A stretch of DNA of 64,000 nucleotides from a virus. Lineage: Duplodnaviria > Caudoviricetes. Positions within the stretch are counted from its first letter, which is position 1. Each line of letters opens with the position of its first letter. Where the stretch lies: positions 1-64,000 of IMG/VR virus record IMGVR_UViG_3300046522_000316. One strand, given 5' to 3'. Both the position numbers and the translations under genes were made by a program. The notes beneath the pieces are model-generated. The model worked only from the letters and a program-made list of their open reading frames with translations, did no database searches and was not told where the DNA came from. Below, piece after piece: positions 27,848 to 37,202 of this stretch.

Positions 27848-28919
27848 AGAAGACTTCCTGAATTCGTTGGTTCAATTTCACAACGTCAGTTGCGATATCG
27901 ACCGGAATATCACCGCCCAAATGCATGCTCAGCAAATTGTCACGATGCTTTGCAGCGAAACGGTAATGTCCGAGTTGTTGGTAGCAGGCCATAAGCATGT
28001 GATCACACCACGTGCCCGCGTAATACATGTCCTCGAAAATCATGTCGTAATCAGGCTTTTCGATTTCCATTGCGGATTTAACGCACGATACCGCGTGTTC
28101 GTATTTCCCCTGCTGGAAATAATACTGCGCGAGGTGACAGAATGGTTCACGGATATTGTTGCAATGTTGAATTGCGTGACGATACCACCATTCAATTGTT
28201 GCGAAATCCTGCGACATACGCGCAATGCGCATGCAGCTATCAGCACGGAACGGCGGGAAAGGCTCGATTTCCGTGTGCTGTTGAAAAAGTGGATTCGCCA
28301 TAGAGAAATTACCCATCGCGTAATATTCGCGAGCGAGGTACGCAATGTTCCGCGCATCGTTCGGATTTTCTTCGTAGGCAATTTTCAGCAAATCAATGTA
28401 ATGTCCCGGCGCTTTTGGTTCGCCGTAATGCACGACCATGATCGGCAGGGTAGGCTTCTTTCCAGCTTCCTGCGCGATCAGTATTTCGTGGACTGGATAT
28501 TGCCATGCACAGGTATTGCGGCGATGAATCGCAAGACGCGGATAGGACATTAAAATGTTCCCATGTTCGTCGTGCGAATAAACCAGCGTGTAGTTGGCCG
28601 TAGTCATTTCGTCTGTGAATTGTGTTTCGATTACTTCCCGCCAGTCGGGGGACAAACGTTCATCGAAATCGAGAGAAATGCAAACGTCGTAGTCGTCAGG
28701 AATATATGCCATTGCCTCATTACGGGCGTGGTCGAACCGGAATGTTTTACCGGTGTGCATCTGGTTGACTACAGCGCCGCCCGCTTCCAGCAGGCCTATT
28801 GTGGCGTCTTTGCTCCCAGTGTCCAGAACAAAGATGCCGTCTGCATCCTTCACATTTTCCAGCCAAGTTTCGATTTGGTTTTGTTCATCACGCGCAATTG
28901 CGTACACGGCAATTTTCAT
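27762..28919 (-). CDS. glycosyltransferase family 2 with TPR repeats
   Basis: IAVYAIARDE...VLDTGSKDAT, FDHARN, SLDFDE (DxD); helical Tyr/Ala repeats. Confidence 0.85.
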   Translation of the reverse strand: MKIAVYAIARDEQNQIETWLENVKDADGIFVLDTGSKDATIGLLEAGGAVVNQMHTGKTFRFDHARNEAMAYIPDDYDVCISLDFDERLSPDWREVIETQFTDEMTTANYTLVYSHDEHGNILMSYPRLAIHRRNTCAWQYPVHEILIAQEAGKKPTLPIMVVHYGEPKAPGHYIDLLKIAYEENPNDARNIAYLAREYYAMGNFSMANPLFQQHTEIEPFPPFRADSCMRIARMSQDFATIEWWYRHAIQHCNNIREPFCHLAQYYFQQGKYEHAVSCVKSAMEIEKPDYDMIFEDMYYAGTWCDHMLMACYQQLGHYRFAAKHRDNLLSMHLGGDIPVDIATDVVKLNQRIQEVFYDYCSSVGVQGRIAREGNGDVAETPEQG

Positions 28920-28922
28920 TTT

Positions 28923-29240
28923 TTACTTAACCCGCTGTTGATCGAAAGCCGAAATGCTTTCCATGATGGATTTGACAAGCCCGGTTGCGCCCTCCGCACT
29001 AGGCGGGAATTTAACGGCGTTCGGCCACTGCACACTGCGATAGTGGTTGTTCGTTTTCACGTCGGAAATGCCCCATGCATCCTGACGTTCCAGAGTCACG
29101 ACCGCAAGGCCGTTCTGTTCGCCGTAAACCATCAGGCTCAGGCGAGCCGGAAGGTCGGGCTTTTCGTGATGCTCCACAAGTTTTACGTCGTAGGGATATT
29201 CGCGTGTCAGCATTTGTTGCACGGTTGCTACGGTGTTCAT
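28923..29240 (-). CDS. hypothetical protein
   Basis: 105 aa ORF in operon. Confidence 0.7.
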   Translation of the reverse strand: MNTVATVQQMLTREYPYDVKLVEHHEKPDLPARLSLMVYGEQNGLAVVTLERQDAWGISDVKTNNHYRSVQWPNAVKFPPSAEGATGLVKSIMESISAFDQQRVK

Positions 29241-29243
29241 TGG

Positions 29244-31184
29244 TTAAATTCCGTATTTGTTGCGAAAAGTGTTGATCGTTTGAATTGGTATTTTCAAGGA
29301 GTCTGCTTCGGCGGTCTTTTTATTTGAAGCCGATTCATCCTTCACGATCAGCAGTGTCGCCTGCTTAACCGTAGAGGCGATCTTACCACCGTTTGCAATA
29401 ATCCATTTTTCCGCTTCTGCATCGCGAACGGAAGTGAACAACACGGACTGACCTTTCATTTTGGAACCAACTACTTCCGCTTTTTTAGCCGCAATAAGTT
29501 TAATCCCATTGCGCTTGCAGAATTTGACGAATGCGTTCAGGTTCCCGGCAATCTGGTCAGCCAGTTTATCGAAACCTTTGATATCCCTTACACGCCGCGC
29601 CAACTGCGAATCGTCCCAAGTTGTTTCGAGCAATTCGGGAATGCCATCGAACAGAAGTTGCAGACGTTTTTCAGCGATGCCCTCACCAAAAGCGGCAGAA
29701 CCTTGAGCAACGTTTAGGAATGTCATTTTGGATTTTGTGGACTTCAGGGCCTTGTGCAATTTCACGGCAGAAGTTTCGCCGTAAGCTGGCAGGTTCTTGA
29801 TATCGGCCAAATCCATATCGAGGATTTTCTTCACGGTGTCGTAACCGGCGTCTACAAGCTTGGTGACAACACCTTGCTTAACGCCGTCAACTTCCAACAC
29901 GGTGAAAAAGTACGTCAGTTCTTTAATCGTGCGCAGGTTGGATTTCCCATCATGCACCGCGTAAAGAAATGCGCCTTTTACTTTGTACGGAACGTCGGGC
30001 ACGGCTGGCTTTTTCGCAGCTTCCACAACTTCCATGATGTACGGGATTACGTCGCCCGAACGCACGCAACGAATGACCGCGCCTTTGTTCAGCGGACGCG
30101 GTTTATACGGCGGCTTGCCACCGTTTTTCTTCACGTCTTCTTGGCTGTAACCGTTTTTGATGTAATCGTAATTGTGCGCCGTAAAACTGGTGACGCTCAC
30201 ACCGCCAATAATGGTCGGTTCGATCTTGATTACCTGCGTGAGTTTTCCGAGGCGTGATTCCTCGAACACCACGTCGATTACATGCACAACAACAGAGTTT
30301 GCAATGCTGTTGATTTTGAATGCGTAGGCGTGTTCCGGATAACCGGTGCCCGCTTTGTATTTGACGTTCTGCGCCATCACAACGCCGTCGATATCCCGGC
30401 CCGCTTCTTTCTTCCGCTGGTCGTGGTATTTCTCCATCGACTCTTGCGTGATTTTCTTCACCACAATGTGCGGCACCACATCGAATTTGTAGCGTTCGAG
30501 AATCGCCAACTGTTCGTTGAGTGGAATGCCTGCACCTTTGCCCAAAAGAATTTCGTAGCAGATGGTACGGAATTTCTTCGCATGCTCATGCACTACGTCC
30601 CGGTTGAGCAAACCACCGGCTGTGTTGCGGCCAGTCTTGTCGTCAGGGAAATATTTCTTGAACGTGGTTTTATCAATCGTGAATTCCGCACGGACAATGA
30701 AACGCCCTTTGTACGGAATTGACTTCGGAATTTTGAGGTGCGGAATAATCTTCGACACGTTCTTACCGACCGTGCCTTTCTTACCGCGAGTGGTCGCCAG
30801 AATCGGCACACCATCTTGATAAGTGATGGACAAGGAAATTCCGTCTTCCTTGTCGCTCAGAGTGAAGCTGGTTGCCTTCATAAAAGCGAGGCGGCGACTT
30901 TCCGTCAGCGTGTGGAACTTATCGAGACTTGCCATCGGAACTTCGAGAACGATATCGACGTTTTTAACACCGCCAACATCCTTTGCGCTTTTCGCACGTT
31001 TCGTAATCGACCAACGATAATCATCCATGATATCGAAGATTTCATCCGAAACAACTTCCTGATTTGCACGATATCTTTCGTCCAACTCTTTCAGGATTTC
31101 GTTCAGCTTTGGAAGTGTGTACGACTTCGCGAACGCTAGTGGATCGCGGCGCATTGCTCGCTTTTGTTCAAGCGTGAATTTCAT
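29244..31184 (-). CDS. ligA: NAD-dependent DNA ligase
   Basis: KEDG adenylation motif, ATTRG, DIDGVV, AYAFK, VRSGDVIPYI, HhH repeats, C-terminal BRCT. Confidence 0.92.
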   Translation of the reverse strand: MKFTLEQKRAMRRDPLAFAKSYTLPKLNEILKELDERYRANQEVVSDEIFDIMDDYRWSITKRAKSAKDVGGVKNVDIVLEVPMASLDKFHTLTESRRLAFMKATSFTLSDKEDGISLSITYQDGVPILATTRGKKGTVGKNVSKIIPHLKIPKSIPYKGRFIVRAEFTIDKTTFKKYFPDDKTGRNTAGGLLNRDVVHEHAKKFRTICYEILLGKGAGIPLNEQLAILERYKFDVVPHIVVKKITQESMEKYHDQRKKEAGRDIDGVVMAQNVKYKAGTGYPEHAYAFKINSIANSVVVHVIDVVFEESRLGKLTQVIKIEPTIIGGVSVTSFTAHNYDYIKNGYSQEDVKKNGGKPPYKPRPLNKGAVIRCVRSGDVIPYIMEVVEAAKKPAVPDVPYKVKGAFLYAVHDGKSNLRTIKELTYFFTVLEVDGVKQGVVTKLVDAGYDTVKKILDMDLADIKNLPAYGETSAVKLHKALKSTKSKMTFLNVAQGSAAFGEGIAEKRLQLLFDGIPELLETTWDDSQLARRVRDIKGFDKLADQIAGNLNAFVKFCKRNGIKLIAAKKAEVVGSKMKGQSVLFTSVRDAEAEKWIIANGGKIASTVKQATLLIVKDESASNKKTAEADSLKIPIQTINTFRNKYGI

Positions 31185-32482
31185 AGACGTTTCCCAGCAG
31201 TCATTTCAAGGTCGGCGGCCTTTTCCAAAACCTTGTCCAGTTCAGAGCCATGCATCAGGCGCCCGACCGAAACAGATTTCAATTGCCGCAAGTCTTCCCC
31301 GGCATGCACTTTGTAATGACGCAACGATTTGGTGTCTTCATTGTAAAGCACAAGCGTGTCAGACATGCCGTGTTCTTCAATGCTGACGATTACCCACTCG
31401 GCGTTATCCCGCGCAACCAGCACTTGCCCTTCTTGTGCCAATACCGCAGTTTCATCATCGACTGGTTCACCGTCTTCGTCGGTTTCCTGATCTTTGTGGA
31501 AATCCATTTCTGGATCTTCCTCTTCCTCAAAGTCTTCGTCTTCCAAAGGAGTAATACCCGGTTCTTCTCCTTTATTTACAGTATTGCCTCCGCTTTCCTC
31601 GGGGAAATCTTCCTGTTCGATTGGCGGATTCAGCAGATTTTCTTCGTCTTCCGGTTCGAAAGCGAAATCTTCGTCGATATCTTTGTAATCGAAAGTGGTC
31701 ACAAGCGGTTTGTTTCGCACCACATGTTTTGCACTTTCCGATTCGCCAGTTTTGGTCTGGCGCGGCAGCGGAACATCGCGTGGCTTGCGTGGAATTTTAA
31801 TCGCACGCGGACGCTTGGGAAGTTCTTTTGCCAGTTCTGCAAATTCGACGATGCCGGTCTGCTGTTGGGCACGTGGTTCAATGTCGGTATTGTTCGTGAT
31901 TTGTTCGTACAGTTCGTGCGCAATCAACACGCGTTCGCCGTTCGGCATAATCACGTAACCGCCATGGGATTTACGCAGGTAGCGCAGGCCCACAACGTCA
32001 CCGGTTTTCAAAGTAGAACGGGAAGTCCCGTAATGCTTCGTGGTCACGGTGATGTTATGCATTACCTTTCGCCACTGGTAATCGTCGCGGTCGTAACTGT
32101 GAACTTCGCGGGGTTTGCTCGGACTCACATAATACTGCGATTCTTGACGATCATTTTCCAGTTGGTTTTTGCGCATGTACTGGTGCCGGGCGCCTTCTTT
32201 CTTTGGCGCTTCCGGAATCCCTTTGTACTCTTTGAATTGCTTGATGAATTTATCGACCTGTTCCTGCTTGATCGACCGATAAATCTTTTGCGGATATTTG
32301 GCGAGTACCACTTGATACGCGCCAGCGGTTGGCCCCCGTGTTGCTTTTCGGAAACCAACCAAATCGTCAGCCTCGACCGTGACAGGCGTATCGTCCAGCC
32401 GCAACTTAAAACTTTTACCCGCGTTGTACATCCATTCGAACTGCTTGAAATCAGCAGGTGATGCGGCAAGGGAAATAATCAT
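31181..32482 (-). CDS. hypothetical protein, possible internal head protein
   Basis: 433 aa, N-terminus MIISLAAS, acidic linker. Confidence 0.7.
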   Translation of the reverse strand: MIISLAASPADFKQFEWMYNAGKSFKLRLDDTPVTVEADDLVGFRKATRGPTAGAYQVVLAKYPQKIYRSIKQEQVDKFIKQFKEYKGIPEAPKKEGARHQYMRKNQLENDRQESQYYVSPSKPREVHSYDRDDYQWRKVMHNITVTTKHYGTSRSTLKTGDVVGLRYLRKSHGGYVIMPNGERVLIAHELYEQITNNTDIEPRAQQQTGIVEFAELAKELPKRPRAIKIPRKPRDVPLPRQTKTGESESAKHVVRNKPLVTTFDYKDIDEDFAFEPEDEENLLNPPIEQEDFPEESGGNTVNKGEEPGITPLEDEDFEEEEDPEMDFHKDQETDEDGEPVDDETAVLAQEGQVLVARDNAEWVIVSIEEHGMSDTLVLYNEDTKSLRHYKVHAGEDLRQLKSVSVGRLMHGSELDKVLEKAADLEMTAGKRL

Positions 32483-34146
32483 GTCACAATAATCTCTTTC
32501 GTCGCGGTGACTGTTTCGTGTTGGAGTGTATAGGAAGTTTGCAGCGTGTACGTGCCCGGAACGGTTGCGGTTACAACACCGAGAACGATTGAAACGTTGT
32601 CGTCAGAACACCAACACAACGCGCTGGCTGTGCGCTCGGAACCATCGCTGAATTCGACCAGCGCCTGATATTGCGTAGGCACCAACACACGGAACGTTTC
32701 CGGCCCGGTAATGCGGGCATGGATTGGATACGTGCGATTGTCGATAATGGTCACGGGCAAACTTGCTTCCAATTCAACACCGCTAATTGACAGCGTGGCG
32801 TAAACAGTCAGTTCTGCCGTTTCCATTACCTGCACCGCGTGAAGAATTCCAGCATTGGTAATCGACGCGATATGGTTATTGGAAAGTGTCCACTTAGCAG
32901 GCAGCACAATGTCTGTACCGTCCGCATAAACAACGTGGAATTTCAGCGACTGGTATTCACCGACGTACATTGGCGAGCGCAATTCAATCCACGCGCTGAC
33001 AGGCAGCGTAGCGGACGGCACAACGTCAATGGTTTTGAAAGCCGAAAGGTTTTCGTACTGCGCCATGAAATTTACAGGTGTTTCCGCATCAACTTTTGGC
33101 GCTGCATAAAACTGGTTGCCATCGTCAAGGGCGCCCGCGCTTGTCACCGTGTGGATCTTCGCGGTAACGGCCTTGCGTGTCCCGTCGCTAAAAATCAGCG
33201 TGGTGTAATACTGCACGACCAGACCTTCACGAACTTTCGAAGGGCCTTCAATCTCCAGCGATTCGGCGCGCACGGTCAAACCGACGACGCTCAATTCAAC
33301 TGAAGCGCTGGTAATAATTCCATCGTATTCGAAGACGCCAATAATCGTGGTGGTTTCCACGCCTTCGACTGCGTTGGCACAAAATGCACCATTGCAGGAA
33401 ATCGTACCGGCTTCGGGATTGGTGCTGACCCAAGTCGCAACAACCTCGTTATTTTTGCCGTTATCGAAAAGAACGTCGAGGCCAAAACTGGCACGCGCAC
33501 GTTCCATAACAATTGACGGCCCGATCACAAAAGCCCTGACCGGATAAATTGCAGAATCGACAACCAGAATGTCCATGAAAATCTGGCGCGTTGCACCGTT
33601 CTCCGTGTAGGAGGCGGTAAAGCGAACCATTGCAGAGCCGCGAATCTTTTGGAAATGCGCAAGGCCCGTCACGTCAATTGTGGCAACGCTTGGGCGGCTG
33701 GAAACAAAGGTAGTCGGAACAACAATTGCGCTCGAACCGTTATCGTAATGCGCAGTGATAACGTAGGATTCGATTGTGTTTTTCTCCACCTCGGTTTTAC
33801 CGGCGATGGAAATAGAAATAAGGGCGGGCGGTGTATCAATATCCCGCACATTAATAACAACTGTTGCAGTCAGCGTGGAATCCGATCCCGCGTGATAATA
33901 CCTGCATAACGCCTGAACCGGGCGCGTGCCCGTTTGTACAGAACCAGCAGTAAATAAACCACTCGGAGTTATCGTGCCGTACTGTTCGGAAGCAACAGAC
34001 CATTCTGCCTCGACTTCGTGTTGCGAATTGTCGTCAAAAGTAACGACGGCCCGCATTTGAAAAGTCGAACGCTCCGCTATTGGAGCACTGGGGCCAACCA
34101 AATCCAATTGGACAGGCCACAGTTCCTCAAAGCTAGTATCGGCCAT
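32479..34146 (-). CDS. virion protein made of about 6 Ig-like (Big_2-type) repeats
   Basis: Recurring I-x-GP...Y-x-A...F-x-DG...A-x-W; GGAG SD before 34146. Confidence 0.75.
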   Translation of the reverse strand: MADTSFEELWPVQLDLVGPSAPIAERSTFQMRAVVTFDDNSQHEVEAEWSVASEQYGTITPSGLFTAGSVQTGTRPVQALCRYYHAGSDSTLTATVVINVRDIDTPPALISISIAGKTEVEKNTIESYVITAHYDNGSSAIVVPTTFVSSRPSVATIDVTGLAHFQKIRGSAMVRFTASYTENGATRQIFMDILVVDSAIYPVRAFVIGPSIVMERARASFGLDVLFDNGKNNEVVATWVSTNPEAGTISCNGAFCANAVEGVETTTIIGVFEYDGIITSASVELSVVGLTVRAESLEIEGPSKVREGLVVQYYTTLIFSDGTRKAVTAKIHTVTSAGALDDGNQFYAAPKVDAETPVNFMAQYENLSAFKTIDVVPSATLPVSAWIELRSPMYVGEYQSLKFHVVYADGTDIVLPAKWTLSNNHIASITNAGILHAVQVMETAELTVYATLSISGVELEASLPVTIIDNRTYPIHARITGPETFRVLVPTQYQALVEFSDGSERTASALCWCSDDNVSIVLGVVTATVPGTYTLQTSYTLQHETVTATKEIIVT

Positions 34147-34172
34147 GAGAAAATATTCTCCATATTCAACGG

Positions 34173-34208
34173 AAAAAGCGGGGTGCCCAAAATAAATGGA
34201 CAACCCGC
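34173..34208 (-). terminator. intrinsic terminator
   Basis: GCGGG/CCCGC stem plus U5. Confidence 0.6.
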
Positions 34209-34215
34209 CTTCACG

Positions 34216-36543
34216 TTACACGTATTTAATGGAGTATTGGTTTGTACGTGGGCTGAACTCCGGAAGAGTCGTTGCCTCGTTACGAACAATAATCCACGGA
34301 CGTACTCCGGTGCCGTCATCGTATTGCACGGTCAGAGTTTTCGGCAGGTTCGCGTCGTAGCCCGGCAGACCTTCTTCGTTACCGATTACATCGTTGCGGT
34401 AATTGATACCGTCGAAAGTAACGTTGAAAGAATTCTGCAAGTCCACGATGAACGTGTCGCCAGCGCGAGCATCCCACATCACGTAAACATAATCGTCCAC
34501 GGTGATAATGGTTTCGATGTTTTTCGCAACGCCATCGGTAGTGATATCGAGGGTGTTGGTCATTACTTTCGTAACGAAATCATCGAGGCCAGTCCAATGG
34601 GTGTACTGTTTGCCGGACGGCGACGTTTCTTCGGTCACACCGTAATCGCGTTCTTCTTGAGTAATTTCGCTGGCGATTGGGCCACCAGTAAATTGCTTGT
34701 TGGAGAACATCGCAACGCCATAACGCAGCGGCGGAATTACAACCACGCCAGTTTCGACGGTGATTGCTTTGGTCGCGTTCAAGTTAATGCCGTCTTCAGT
34801 GTAGGTCGTGCGAACGTTTACAGCACCGTTTGCAACACCAGTCACATTGCCTTCAGCATCAACGGTTGCCTTCGAAGTATCCGAAGTTGTCCAAGTGCCC
34901 GGAATCTTGTCCACGTGCGAACCATCGCTATAAGTGACGGTGTAAACGTAGGCTTTGGTTTCCAGTGGCGCGAGCGAATTCGGGCCGGTGATTGCACCCG
35001 ATACAGGCCAGTTTTTCGTGTCCGCAATCGCGATGGTTTTCTTCGCGGTAATGGTCACGCCGTTTTGGGTGTACGAAACGTTCACTTCAACGGATTTGCT
35101 GCCCGGCGCAGTCAATGGTTTTGCAGTCAACAAACCGCTTTGATCAATGGTCGCATAAGTACCAGAGGTCAGAGTCCACAGCGCGTTCACATCTGCTTCG
35201 GAAGCATCAGAGAAAACAACGTGTGCATTCAGGTCGATAGACGCAGCCTGATCAACAGTGTTCGGGCCGGTGATAGTGATTGTGTTCGGGTAAACAGCCG
35301 GGTCTTTGATTACCACAGCTTTCGTCGCGGTACGGGTCACACCAGCGCTTGCGTAAGTTGCCGACAAGTTAGTGGAAACGTCGCGAATTTGTTGCGGACG
35401 CGGAGTCAACACACCACCAACAAAAGAACCTGCGTTCGAATTGCTGGAAATAAACGCGTTCGGCGTTACGGTGGCGGTCGAACCGTCGCTGTAAGTTGCC
35501 AAAACGGTGTAGGTGCCGATTTCCGATTTCAGGAATTGCGACGGGCCAACGATTTCGATGTGGTCAAGCAGAACCAAATCCGGATCGCCAATAATGGTAA
35601 TCACGAAATCAACGAAAACAGTGTCGCCACTTTCCGGATGTTTCCAACTGGCGCGAACAGTAACCGGCGTATCAATTGCAACCAAACCAGCGTGGAAAAC
35701 GCCAGTAGCCGCATTGATCGAACCGTGTTCTTCGTTGTTGGTGATTGTCCACGTTGCCTGCACGCTGAAAAACTTCGTGCCGTCATCCATGGTCACATCG
35801 GCGCGCAATACGTGGTTAGTGTTGCCAACCACTTTTTCAGCCGGGCCAGTAACCGCAATGGAAACAGGACGCGGGCCGATGTACGCGAATTCCGTGGTAG
35901 GCGGCAACCATTCAGCGATGAAATTTCCGTCCGGCAATTCTTCGGTGATAAACATCAAGCAACCATTGCCCGGATCGGTGCCGTTTACGGTCACGTAATT
36001 TTCCGAACCGTCACCAGCGGAAAGCATGGTGCGTGGAACGTCGCCGTGGCTGTGCGGAAGCGGGTCACGTTCGTCGCTCATGCGCGTATCGTTATCACCA
36101 ACGATGATCGGAAGCAGCGGATCAACAATCACAGAATTCTGCGAAAGTTTCACACCACCGAAACGATCTTTCGAAGCCAGCGGCGGACGGAAATCAGGCA
36201 CTGCGCCCAAAATCGGATCAGCTTCTTTTTTGAAAAACTGTTCTTCGTTGAAAATTTCTTCAACGGTGGAAAGAACCGCCCACGATCCACGATAATCCTT
36301 GTCGTCGTATTTTTCTGCATCAACACGGCGCATCAGGACTTTGTAATCTTCGTGGTTTGGATCAGCGTTGATCCACGTCACGTTATACGGAACGGTCAAG
36401 GTATCCGGTTCGAGAAGAGAAACGAGGACAGAGAATTTCTTCCCATTGCCCTCGACAATAATCTCGACCGGGTTGAATTTCGAGAGGCCGCGATAGTTCA
36501 AAGCAATCGCGATTTTCTCGTCAACAAACTCGGTCAGTGTCAT
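34216..36543 (-). CDS. tail fibre-like protein with Ig-like repeats
   Basis: Fibre-type motif ASKDRFGGVKLS...HSH followed by 4-5 Ig-like repeats. Confidence 0.7.
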   Translation of the reverse strand: MTLTEFVDEKIAIALNYRGLSKFNPVEIIVEGNGKKFSVLVSLLEPDTLTVPYNVTWINADPNHEDYKVLMRRVDAEKYDDKDYRGSWAVLSTVEEIFNEEQFFKKEADPILGAVPDFRPPLASKDRFGGVKLSQNSVIVDPLLPIIVGDNDTRMSDERDPLPHSHGDVPRTMLSAGDGSENYVTVNGTDPGNGCLMFITEELPDGNFIAEWLPPTTEFAYIGPRPVSIAVTGPAEKVVGNTNHVLRADVTMDDGTKFFSVQATWTITNNEEHGSINAATGVFHAGLVAIDTPVTVRASWKHPESGDTVFVDFVITIIGDPDLVLLDHIEIVGPSQFLKSEIGTYTVLATYSDGSTATVTPNAFISSNSNAGSFVGGVLTPRPQQIRDVSTNLSATYASAGVTRTATKAVVIKDPAVYPNTITITGPNTVDQAASIDLNAHVVFSDASEADVNALWTLTSGTYATIDQSGLLTAKPLTAPGSKSVEVNVSYTQNGVTITAKKTIAIADTKNWPVSGAITGPNSLAPLETKAYVYTVTYSDGSHVDKIPGTWTTSDTSKATVDAEGNVTGVANGAVNVRTTYTEDGINLNATKAITVETGVVVIPPLRYGVAMFSNKQFTGGPIASEITQEERDYGVTEETSPSGKQYTHWTGLDDFVTKVMTNTLDITTDGVAKNIETIITVDDYVYVMWDARAGDTFIVDLQNSFNVTFDGINYRNDVIGNEEGLPGYDANLPKTLTVQYDDGTGVRPWIIVRNEATTLPEFSPRTNQYSIKYV

Positions 36544-36552
36544 GACGATTCC

Positions 36553-37197
36553 TTATTTCTGAATGTCGGTAGAAGTCAGCTGGCGCCATACAGCGTTGCC
36601 ATTACCGTTCGCGATCAGAGTTGCGCCAACAACCGGCGTTGCACTGCCGGAAATGGTAATCACGGTGGTTTTGGTTTTCAGCTGCGTAGCCGGTTTTTCC
36701 GGGTGCGTGTGTTCGGTTGGTTTACGCGGATCGGAAAGACGCGGATCACCTTCACCAACAGCAATCGGGTTTGCCGGGCTGACAGGGGCAACGCTCAATT
36801 TCGCGATGCCGAGAATATCTTTCGTCGCGCCCGGAATCGGATCGAGTTGCGCCAAAATTGCCGAATCTTCCGCGTCGTAGAATTGGTCTACGTCGTATTC
36901 AGCCATGGTGTCGATCACTTCCCACGTGTGGGTCGTGCCAGCGGCCACATCAGGCTCTTTCGAAACGCGACGGCGCGCAGTGTTGTAATACGGGCCGTGG
37001 TTTGGGTTGAAATCGAACCAGATCACATTGAGTGGCAGAATTTCGTTGTACGGTTCGGTAAGCGCGCACACGGTGGTATGCACGCGGCGAACTGTCGAGT
37101 TCTGCACACGGATCGGAATCGGATTGGTTTCATCCAGATTCTGAATGTCCGAAATCACGCGAAAAGAATCGCGGATATCTACGAGTTGTTTTTCCAT
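36553..37197 (-). CDS. short fibre/collar-like protein, paralogue of the N-terminus of 34216-36543
   Basis: ATKDILGIAKLS...DPRLSDPRKPTEHTH aligns with neighbour. Confidence 0.7.
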   Translation of the reverse strand: MEKQLVDIRDSFRVISDIQNLDETNPIPIRVQNSTVRRVHTTVCALTEPYNEILPLNVIWFDFNPNHGPYYNTARRRVSKEPDVAAGTTHTWEVIDTMAEYDVDQFYDAEDSAILAQLDPIPGATKDILGIAKLSVAPVSPANPIAVGEGDPRLSDPRKPTEHTHPEKPATQLKTKTTVITISGSATPVVGATLIANGNGNAVWRQLTSTDIQK

Positions 37198-37202
37198 TGG
37201 AA

